64,000 nt of DNA, taken from contig CAZVNJ010000001.1 of assembly GCA_964628985.1 (NCBI GenBank), positions 21,477-85,476 on the forward strand. Direction: 5' to 3'. This document shows, in pieces, positions 45,315 through 52,663 of the stretch. Numbering within the stretch: position 1 is the stretch's first letter; every line of letters begins with the position of its first letter. The position numbers were made by a program, and so were the translations under genes. This stretch comes from an uncultured Dehalococcoides sp. Its GTDB lineage: Bacteria; Chloroflexota; Dehalococcoidia; UBA2979. The notes beneath the pieces were generated by a model. It was not told where the DNA came from. It did not search any database and worked only from the letters and a program-made list of their open reading frames with translations.

Positions 45315-46243
45315 AAGGGGAGTTCCACGCCGAGCCCGGCGGCGCGCGCCTTGCTCAGGACGTACGCGCTGGCTGCCGCATCCTCGATGCCGATCCCCTG
45401 GCTCTCGAACAGTGTGATGGCGTCCGCGGAGGGCCGTCCGGCCACCTCGCCGCTGACCACCTGGTGCAGTTCACGCGCCTGTCGCCAGCGGAAGGCGCCC
45501 CGCTCGACGGCCCAGATCAGTTCACCGCATTCGATCTGGGCCTGTTCGAGGTTGTCCACGACGACGAGCGCCGCGCGCTGGATGGTCGTGTCGTCGACTT
45601 CGCGCTTCATCCATGAGTTGGAGCCCGCGGCTACCACGCACTGGCCGGGTTCGAGGAGGGAGCCGTCGAAGACAGGCTCACGCGCGCTGGTGATCGCGAC
45701 CACGATGTCAGAACCGCGGACGCAGTCGTCCGGCGCGGCCACCGGGACGACATCGACGCCGAGTGAGCGGGACATCTCCGCGGCGAACGCCTCGCGCTTC
45801 TCGGCACTGCGGCTGTGCACCTTCACGGTCTTGACCGGCCTGACGGCACAGATCGCCTCGATCTGGGTGACGGCCTGGCGGCCCGTGCCGATCATCCCCA
45901 CGACGGAAGCGTCTGGCCGTGCCATGTGCTTCACCGCGACACCGCTGGCCGCGCCTGTCCGGATCCACGCGAGCGTGCCCGGCTCGATCACCGCATCGAG
46001 TTTGCCTGTCTCGGTGTTGTATAGGAGGGTGGCCGTGGAGTGACGGACGGCGTGCGCGTGCGACTCCAGGACGGTGCCGCCCATGATCGTCGCGCCGGCC
46101 TTCTCGAAGCGAAACCGCTGGCGTGGGAGGTTCTGGACCGTGCCCCGCGCTTCCTGGCGGAATAACTTCTCCAGCACGTTGACGCATTCGTCCATCGGCA
46201 AGAGCGATCGGACATCGTGGTTGGAGAGATAGAGGGCGGCCAT
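45311..46243 (-). CDS. ornithine cyclodeaminase / mu-crystallin family protein
   Basis: The VGMIGTGRQA Rossmann motif and family-typical termini. Confidence 0.85.
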   Translation of the reverse strand: MAALYLSNHDVRSLLPMDECVNVLEKLFRQEARGTVQNLPRQRFRFEKAGATIMGGTVLESHAHAVRHSTATLLYNTETGKLDAVIEPGTLAWIRTGAASGVAVKHMARPDASVVGMIGTGRQAVTQIEAICAVRPVKTVKVHSRSAEKREAFAAEMSRSLGVDVVPVAAPDDCVRGSDIVVAITSAREPVFDGSLLEPGQCVVAAGSNSWMKREVDDTTIQRAALVVVDNLEQAQIECGELIWAVERGAFRWRQARELHQVVSGEVAGRPSADAITLFESQGIGIEDAAASAYVLSKARAAGLGVELPF

Positions 46244-46318
46244 GAGAGTCCTGCCGTTCGGCGCCGGGTTCGCTGCATGATAGCGACGAGGCCCCGGGCG
46301 CCTGACCTCAGGGACTGC

Positions 46319-47464
46319 CTAGCGCGCGGCGAGGATCAGGCGGTCAGCCGGGTCGTGGCTCTCGGCGGCGATCCGTCGCAGTTCGGGAAGCACGGACTCG
46401 AATGCGTCCAGGACGGCTGGGTCAAACTGGCTGCCGCGCCCACCTCTCAAGAGATTCAATACCTCTGACTCCGGGAAAGCAGGCTTGTAGGCGCGCGCCT
46501 CAGCCAGGGCGTCGTAGACGTCCGCCACGGCGGTGATCCGCGCTTCGATCGGGATTTCGTCGCCCCGCAGGCCGAGCGGGTAGCCGGTGCCATCCCAGCG
46601 TTCATGGTGGGCGAGGGCGATGCGTTGCGCCATCTGCAGCATCGGGCTGTCCACCGAATCCTCAAGCGTGGCCTCTGACTGCCATCGGTCGAACCCGCCG
46701 GAGCAGTGCGCCTGCGAGGAGAGGATCTGCGCGCCGATCTCGCAGTGCCGCTTCATGACAGCGAACTCCTCCACGGTCAACTTGCCGGGCTTCGTGAGGA
46801 TCGCGTCCGGGATGCCGATCTTGCCCACGTCATGCAGCGGAGCGGCGAGCAGCAGCGTCCGTGACGTCTGCTCGTCCAGCCCCACAGCCGAGGCGATGAG
46901 AGCTGCATAGCGTCCGACCCGGACCACGTGGTCCCCTGTATCGCCGTCCCGGTGATGCGAGGCACGGGCCAGCGCGAGGACGAGGTCATGGTGCGACCGC
47001 TCGAGGGCCTGGGTCCGCTGCGCCACCATCTCCTCCAACAATTGGTTGTGCTGCAGCAGTCGCTCCTGGTGTGCCCGGAGGCGAAGCGCGTTTCGGATGC
47101 TGGCCATGAGCTCGTCGCGTTCTACGGGCTTGCGGAGCAGGTCCGTCGCGCCGAGCTCGAGGGCGCGCGACCGGAGGTCGCGGTCCCCAGCGCCCGTGAC
47201 CATGATCACCGGGACCTGATGCGCGCTGGCCGCTGCCGCTTCCAGTACTCGGAACCCGCCACCGCCAGGCATCTGGACGTCCGAGACCACCAGGTGGATT
47301 TCGCCGGACTTGATCTGCGCGACCGCCTCGTTCACCTCGGTCGTGAAGCGGAGGTCCCAGGTGGTGGTGCGCGCGAGCGTGCGCCGCATCGCAGTGAGGA
47401 TCAGCGGGTCGTCGTCGACGAACAGGATCGTGGCCGTGAGATCAGCATCCAGTGGAAACAGCAT
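46319..47464 (-). CDS. response-regulator receiver fused to an HD-GYP domain (RpfG-type c-di-GMP phosphodiesterase)
   Basis: Receiver ILFVDDDPLIL..VVSDVQMPGGGG. HD-GYP motifs HDVGKIGIPD and HHERWDGTGYP are intact. Confidence 0.9.
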   Translation of the reverse strand: MLFPLDADLTATILFVDDDPLILTAMRRTLARTTTWDLRFTTEVNEAVAQIKSGEIHLVVSDVQMPGGGGFRVLEAAAASAHQVPVIMVTGAGDRDLRSRALELGATDLLRKPVERDELMASIRNALRLRAHQERLLQHNQLLEEMVAQRTQALERSHHDLVLALARASHHRDGDTGDHVVRVGRYAALIASAVGLDEQTSRTLLLAAPLHDVGKIGIPDAILTKPGKLTVEEFAVMKRHCEIGAQILSSQAHCSGGFDRWQSEATLEDSVDSPMLQMAQRIALAHHERWDGTGYPLGLRGDEIPIEARITAVADVYDALAEARAYKPAFPESEVLNLLRGGRGSQFDPAVLDAFESVLPELRRIAAESHDPADRLILAAR

Positions 47465-47586
47465 CGTCGTACCTCTCGCCGCGGCTGGGGGGGCGGCGTT
47501 CAACCCGATGGACTCTCTGCCCTGCACCGATCCTGCTTAACCTCCGCACACTCACTTGTGTCCTGTGCGTGCGTACTGTCCCGCGC

Positions 47587-47844
47587 CTAGCGGTGATCGC
47601 GGTCGAGCCTGGCCGCGTAGCGCAGCCGGCGTCCCTCGGATGTAGCGGTGAGGAGCTGCGCCTTGCACAGATCGCGGACGATGCGCCGCACGCCCGCCGT
47701 GGCGAGCCCGAGCCCGGACGCGATCTCATGGAGGGTGGTCCCCGGGTGTTCGGCGACGAAGAGGAGCGCCAGGCCGTGCCTGGTCACAAGGCTCCAGCGG
47801 CGGGCGGCCGGGCGGTCCGTCGAGCCTGTTGGATGTTGAGGCAT
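47587..47844 (-). CDS. small winged-helix (MarR/ArsR-like) DNA-binding protein
   Basis: 85 aa. LALLFVAEHPGTTLHEIASGLGLATAGVRRIVRDLCKAQLL resembles a wHTH recognition unit. The rest of the 229-aa ORF (47845-48276) is rejected. Confidence 0.55.
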   Translation of the reverse strand: MPQHPTGSTDRPAARRWSLVTRHGLALLFVAEHPGTTLHEIASGLGLATAGVRRIVRDLCKAQLLTATSEGRRLRYAARLDRDHR

Positions 47845-48117
47845 CGAATCCTTCTTCCTCTCCCGCCTGGGCACAGGATGGCTGACTCGGTGTCCCCGCT
47901 GCCCCCTGCGGAAGGACGAGATCGAGTAGTGCATTCGGACTGTTTGCACCCCCCTGCTCAGCGTCCTGATCCGGTGACACGGGTGACGAAGGTCCCCGGT
48001 CTCGGGGGCGTTTGCATGGGCCAGATCAGGGCGTACGCCCCTCGGCTGCAGCGTGGCGTGTCCGTAGCGTGATGCGTGTGAAGGCTTGGCCCGTGGGCCA
48101 CCCGGAAGGGGTAAGAA

Positions 48118-48495
48118 GTGACCAGGAAGCGCATCTGGACCGTGATGGGACTGAGCCTGCTGGTGGCTGCGCTGGCCGGTGCCGGGTTCAGCCTGACTGC
48201 CTCGAACACAGTGCCCGAGAGCAAGGGCGGCGAAGGCGCCGGCGTGATCTCCGGCTACAACGTCGCGTCCGTGCACTACACCTTGAACGCGTCGGACCCG
48301 AGCAAAGTGGACAGTGTCTCGTTCTCACTGGACTCCGCCCCGGTCGCCGGGTCCACCATCAAGGCCCGGATCGATTCCTCTGGGACCACCTGGTACACGT
48401 GCACGAACGTCGGCGTGAACGTGACCTGCAACACGACGTCGCCCCAGGCGACGGCGACGTCCGCCAACGAGCTGCGCGTAGTCATCGCTCAGTGA
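48118..48495 (+). CDS. small exported protein P1 with a SipW-substrate-like N-terminus (candidate fibre/matrix subunit)
   Basis: GTG start with GGAAGGGG upstream. MTRKR plus the hydrophobic core IWTVMGLSLLVAALAGAGF, then LTASNTVPESK. The mature part is Ser/Thr/Val/Asn-rich, suggesting a beta-rich fold. The stop lies 4 nt before the peptidase gene. Confidence 0.7.
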   Translation: MTRKRIWTVMGLSLLVAALAGAGFSLTASNTVPESKGGEGAGVISGYNVASVHYTLNASDPSKVDSVSFSLDSAPVAGSTIKARIDSSGTTWYTCTNVGVNVTCNTTSPQATATSANELRVVIAQ

Positions 48496-48499
48496 AGGG

Positions 48500-50224
48500 A
48501 TGGACCGTGACAGGAGCACGTTGATGCGCATCGCGCCCATCGTCCTCACCACGGCGCTCTTCGGACTCGCGTTCGCGTCATGGATGTTTCTTGGCCCCTC
48601 GAATGTCCGAGGGCCGGTCGCCTACCTGGTCACCAGCGGGAACAGCATGGAGCCGTACTTGCACCGCGGCGACCTGGCCGTGGTGCGTGCGGGTAAGAAC
48701 GGCTCCGTAGGCGACGTACTGGCGTATCGCAACAGCCAGACGGGCCAACGAGTCCTCCATCGCGTCATTGCGAAGGAGCGGGACCGCTTCGTCCTCCAGG
48801 GGGACAACAACTCCTGGGTGGACACCTTCCAGCCGACGAGTGAGGACCTCGTCGGGCGGCTCTGGTTCCGGATTCCGAAGGCCGGGATGGTCGTCGAATG
48901 GATGCGCGCGCCGCTGCACGCGGCCCTGCTCATGGGGGGAGGAGTGGCGATGAGCCTGTCGCTGGGGCTGCCTCCGACGCGCCGAAAATGGCGCGGCCTC
49001 CGCCTTCGCAATCGTGTGAGGGGCCACCGAGGTCTGCTGCTCGCCGCTTCCGGCACCGCCGGCCAGAACGCGCTCGGGATCGGCCTCGGCGTGGTCGTGC
49101 TGGCGCTCGCCGCCAGCGTCGTGCTCTGGACGCTGCCCACCACACACGTCTCAACGGCGCACCTCGAGTACGAACACCGCGGCGTGTTCGGCTACTACGC
49201 GGAGACCGTGCTTCCAGTTGCGTCCGCGGCTCCTCTCCCGGACCCGCGGACTCGCACGGCGGTCCCCGGAGAACCCCCCGCCCTGGACCTGATCATGCTT
49301 GCGGCCGACCCGACCGTGGCAGCGCTGCTCGATGTCCCAGTGAGCACCGGCGAGCCCATCCTGGTCAACGTCAACCCGAAGGTGAACTTCCTGTTCGACT
49401 ACACCCTCGGCGTGTCCGAGCCGGCGCAGGTGAGCGGGTTCGTGCGCCTGGATGCCGTGGTGTCCGACATCACCGGGTGGAAGCGCGTGTTCCCGTTCGC
49501 TCCTGAGCAGACGTTCACGGGGACACGTGTCCAAATCGCGGTCCGGGATGCCGATCTGACGCCGATCATGGCGGCATTCCCGATTTACCAGGCGATCACC
49601 GGTCACGCGCCTCGCTACTACACCGCCTCCATCGTCGCGGTCGTGACGCTGGAGGCGACGGTCGACGGCCAGGCGATCCAGGAGACCTTCCGCCCGGCGG
49701 TCACGTTCCGCGTCGCGCCGCCCAACGAAATCTACGTGGAGACCGACGAGACGTGGCACCTCGAGGCCCACGGCATCACTCCCACGGACCCGGCCGGCGC
49801 GGACGCCTCGAACCCGTTCGAGACTGTCCGGACGAACTCCGTTGCCTACCCGGAGCAGGTGCCGAACACGGTCCCGATCTTCGGATTCGACATCACGGTC
49901 ACGTCGCTCCGCGCGCTCGTCGCGATGGTCGGCTCGCTGGGCCTTGTCGCCGCGGGCGGCCTCTTCCTGCTCCAGCGGGCCGGTGACCGGCTCGGCGAAT
50001 CGTTCGCAATCGAGGCGCGGTACGGCGCCCGGATGGTCACGTTGGATGCCGGGCACCGAGGCGATGAGGACAAGCCGATGACCTATGTGGCGCGGCTCCA
50101 GGATCTGGTGCGGATCGCGGATCACACCGGCGCCCCCATCCTGCGCTCCGTAGGCGCTGGCGGCGAGACCTACTGCGTGCGTGACGGCGAGCATCGCTAC
50201 GCGTATGGCCCTGTGGAGGCTTGA
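48500..50224 (+). CDS. SipW/archaeal-ER-type signal peptidase I (S26B) fused to a ~430-aa multi-TM C-terminal module of unknown function
   Basis: TM1, then SGNSMEP (Ser), VLHRVI (His) and QGDNNSWVD boxes. Three further hydrophobic segments (res ~137-157, ~190-212, ~470-491) bracket a ~255-aa presumably external domain and an ~80-aa tail. Confidence 0.85.
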   Translation: MDRDRSTLMRIAPIVLTTALFGLAFASWMFLGPSNVRGPVAYLVTSGNSMEPYLHRGDLAVVRAGKNGSVGDVLAYRNSQTGQRVLHRVIAKERDRFVLQGDNNSWVDTFQPTSEDLVGRLWFRIPKAGMVVEWMRAPLHAALLMGGGVAMSLSLGLPPTRRKWRGLRLRNRVRGHRGLLLAASGTAGQNALGIGLGVVVLALAASVVLWTLPTTHVSTAHLEYEHRGVFGYYAETVLPVASAAPLPDPRTRTAVPGEPPALDLIMLAADPTVAALLDVPVSTGEPILVNVNPKVNFLFDYTLGVSEPAQVSGFVRLDAVVSDITGWKRVFPFAPEQTFTGTRVQIAVRDADLTPIMAAFPIYQAITGHAPRYYTASIVAVVTLEATVDGQAIQETFRPAVTFRVAPPNEIYVETDETWHLEAHGITPTDPAGADASNPFETVRTNSVAYPEQVPNTVPIFGFDITVTSLRALVAMVGSLGLVAAGGLFLLQRAGDRLGESFAIEARYGARMVTLDAGHRGDEDKPMTYVARLQDLVRIADHTGAPILRSVGAGGETYCVRDGEHRYAYGPVEA

Positions 50225-50640
50225 TGCGCGCGAGGGTGGCCCGGGCGCCTCAGCGGCGTGTCCGGCGTCTGCTGGTCGCGATCGCAGTGGTCTCGGTGGT
50301 GGTGGGGGCGATGTCGGTGACGACCGCGTCGAACTCGATCCCCCCGACGCGACTTGGCCAGCAGTCCCAGGCCACGGGGGTGACCGAATTGAGGCCCGCC
50401 GCGTGCGCTTCGCTGGCCCTTACCTCTCTGGTGGTCGGGACCGGCAACTTCAGCGGCACGAGCGCGAATGACCTCATCCTCGCGTCGCGAGGTGCGCGTC
50501 GCATCCGAGGCGGAGCCGGCAATGACTGCATCCTCGGGGGTGCGGACGCGACGGAACTGGACGGCCAGAGCGGCACCGATGTCTGTATCGGGCCCACCGC
50601 TGCGACGTTCAGAGGATGCGAGACCACGATCATGCAGTAG
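50224..50640 (+). CDS. small exported/anchored protein P3 with an RTX-like beta-roll repeat
   Basis: ATG overlaps the peptidase stop (TGATG). Arg-rich n-region, hydrophobic LLVAIAVVSVVVGAM, then TTASNSIPPTR. Three 18-aa repeats include GGAGNDCILGG. Confidence 0.65.
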   Translation: MRARVARAPQRRVRRLLVAIAVVSVVVGAMSVTTASNSIPPTRLGQQSQATGVTELRPAACASLALTSLVVGTGNFSGTSANDLILASRGARRIRGGAGNDCILGGADATELDGQSGTDVCIGPTAATFRGCETTIMQ

Positions 50641-51300
50641 TCAGGAGTCGCGGAAGCCCTCGGCCCGTGCGCGGGCGACGGCCTCGAGCCTTGTCCGAGC
50701 GCCGAGTTTGTCGAGGATCGACTGCACGTGGCCTCGGACGGTGTTGTAACTGATGACGAGGCTCTCCGCGATGGCGATGTTGTCCAGGCCCTTCATCATG
50801 AGGGCGAGGACCTCCTGCTCCCGGGCGGTGAGAGTCGCGAGTGCCTGGCTCTTCTCAGACTGAGACTGCTGCCGGCCCAACCGGACCAGGCGCTGCAACG
50901 TCCCCGGGGGGACGAGCATTTCACCTGCGGCGGCGCGCCGGACCTGCTGCGCGATCTGGTCGCTGCCCTCGGTCTTCAGGATGTATCCACTGGCCCCGGC
51001 CTCGAGCGCCGCGAGCATGGCGAGCTCGCTCATGTCTCCGCTGATCATCACGACGGCCGTCTCGGGCAGCGCGGCGCGGATTTCGGCGGTGGCGGCCGCC
51101 CCGGAAATGTCCGCGAGATGAAAGTCCATCAGGACCACGTCCGGACGCAGCGCGAGCGTGGCCTCGATGCCCTCGCGGGCGCCCGCGGCGATGCCAGCAA
51201 CCTCGATGTCAGGGTGGCGGCGCAGCGCGAGTGCGATGCCTTCGGCGACCATCCGATGGTCGTCGACGATGAGCACCCTGATGACCGACACCGAGGTCAC
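50641..51300 (-). CDS. LuxR/NarL-family response regulator
   Basis: Receiver VLIVDDHRMV..VVLMDFHLADISG. HTH NIAIAESLVISYNTVRGHVQSILDKLG. GTG start. Confidence 0.9.
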   Translation of the reverse strand: MTSVSVIRVLIVDDHRMVAEGIALALRRHPDIEVAGIAAGAREGIEATLALRPDVVLMDFHLADISGAAATAEIRAALPETAVVMISGDMSELAMLAALEAGASGYILKTEGSDQIAQQVRRAAAGEMLVPPGTLQRLVRLGRQQSQSEKSQALATLTAREQEVLALMMKGLDNIAIAESLVISYNTVRGHVQSILDKLGARTRLEAVARARAEGFRDS

Positions 51301-51306
51301 GCGAGC

Positions 51307-51328
51307 CGCCCGTCAGGCGCCCGTCAGA
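51307..51328. promoter_or_regulatory. tandem CGCCCGTCAG x2 (11-bp period) adjacent to the response-regulator start
   Basis: Copies at 51307-51316 and 51318-51327. The CGTCAG core is the reverse complement of the CTGACG core of the downstream 19-bp repeats. Confidence 0.4.
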
Positions 51329-51382
51329 GATTTCCGAGTCTGCCGGGAGATGAAGCGTATACCCTCGCCACGCCGAGGCACC

Positions 51383-52663
51383 ATGATGGGCCTGACGAAT
51401 CGCAGAGGGCCTGACGAATCGCAGAGGGCACGACGAAGCAGTGAGGTCCGGGTGGAGTTCACATCGGACATCCTGTCCGCCTTACTGGATGCCGTACCAG
51501 ATGCCCTGGTCGGGATCGCGGAGGACGGCGAGATCGTCCTCGTGAACGCCTCGGCGGAGCGGCTGTTCGGCTACACGCGCGACGAGATGCTCGGGGCGTC
51601 CATCGATGTCCTCGTCCCCGAGGGCATCAGTCCCCTCTACTCGGCTCAACCGCTGGACGTTGACGGGGGTACTCGCGCAGGGCGGTTGGGTATCGGAGAG
51701 GTGTTCTCCGGACGGCGCAAGGACGGCAGCGAGTTTCAAGCGGAGATCGAGACCTCGCCCGTCGAAACCCCTGCCGGCCGGGTCACCCTCGCGGCAGTGC
51801 GCGATATCTCCGGGCGCGCCGGCACACAGCACGGACCGGGTGGGCCCGTAGGACAGGCCGAGTCCCAGCGGCATGACAGCCTCGGGGAGGTGGTCGGCGG
51901 CCTCGCCCACGACCTCAACAACATGCTGAGCGTGATCCTCAACTACGCGGGCGTCGTGGTCCATCTTCTCGGCCAGCCTGACCTCACTCCAGAAGACATC
52001 GCCGGGGCCCGCCGCGACCTAGGGCAGGTGACGCTCGCGGCTGAGCAGGCCGCGGTGCTCACACACCAACTGCTCGCGTTCGCGCGCCACGCCCCACGGC
52101 CGCCCGTGGCCCTCTCCCTCAATGAGACGGTCCAACGCCTCGAGCCGTTGCTTCGGCGGGCGTTGGGCGGGGACTCGCACCTCGAGGTCTCGCTCGCCTC
52201 GGAGCTGCCGCTCATCGAGGCAGATCCCGGACGGGTCGACCGCATCCTGGTGGAGCTCGTGCTGTATGTCCGCGACGGGTTGGCGCGCGGCCGCACGCTT
52301 CTGATCGAGACCGATGTGATCGAGGCGGACCCAGCCGGGGTCACGGGGCAGGCTCTGCTCCGTGACCGCACGCACGTCCGGCTTCGCGTGGGGGACAGGG
52401 GGGGCGGCGCGCCCGCTACAGGGTTGGAGGCGCCCAACATGCTGGCAGATGAGCGGCAGGCCACGGGGCGCGGCTCCGGCCTCGCCACGACCTACGACAT
52501 CGTGACGGCTGCCGGGGGCGTGGTGCGCCCGGACCCTCTCGAGGGTGCGGGGACGACGGTCACGATCCTGTTCCCGGCCGCACAAGAGGGTCCGCTGCCC
52601 ATGGAGGATCCGCACCCACCCCGTGGCACCGGCGACGCTGGGGGCGGCGGTACGACGGCCTAA
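51383..52663 (+). CDS. PAS sensor histidine kinase with a degenerate ATP-binding (N/F-box) region
   Basis: PAS (ALVGIAEDGEIVLVNASAERLFGY), H-box GGLAHDLNNML. The catalytic domain reads ELVLYVRDG where LxxNARDA is expected. The start is ambiguous: ATG 51383 or GTG 51452 (GAGG upstream), which would place the tandem repeat in the leader. Confidence 0.75.
   Translation: MMGLTNRRGPDESQRARRSSEVRVEFTSDILSALLDAVPDALVGIAEDGEIVLVNASAERLFGYTRDEMLGASIDVLVPEGISPLYSAQPLDVDGGTRAGRLGIGEVFSGRRKDGSEFQAEIETSPVETPAGRVTLAAVRDISGRAGTQHGPGGPVGQAESQRHDSLGEVVGGLAHDLNNMLSVILNYAGVVVHLLGQPDLTPEDIAGARRDLGQVTLAAEQAAVLTHQLLAFARHAPRPPVALSLNETVQRLEPLLRRALGGDSHLEVSLASELPLIEADPGRVDRILVELVLYVRDGLARGRTLLIETDVIEADPAGVTGQALLRDRTHVRLRVGDRGGGAPATGLEAPNMLADERQATGRGSGLATTYDIVTAAGGVVRPDPLEGAGTTVTILFPAAQEGPLPMEDPHPPRGTGDAGGGGTTA
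51388..51444. repeat. 19-bp tandem repeat GGGCCTGACGAATCGCAGA x2 plus a degenerate third copy
   Basis: 51388-51406 and 51407-51425 are identical. 51426-51444 (GGGCACGACGAAGCAGTGA) is diverged. The period is not a multiple of 3. Confidence 0.8.

Noticed and set aside
47845-48276. N-terminal 144 codons of the 229-aa - strand ORF containing the wHTH
   Set aside because: It overlaps the P1 start and the divergent promoter, with no motif. Only the C-terminal 85 aa look like a DNA-binding fold.
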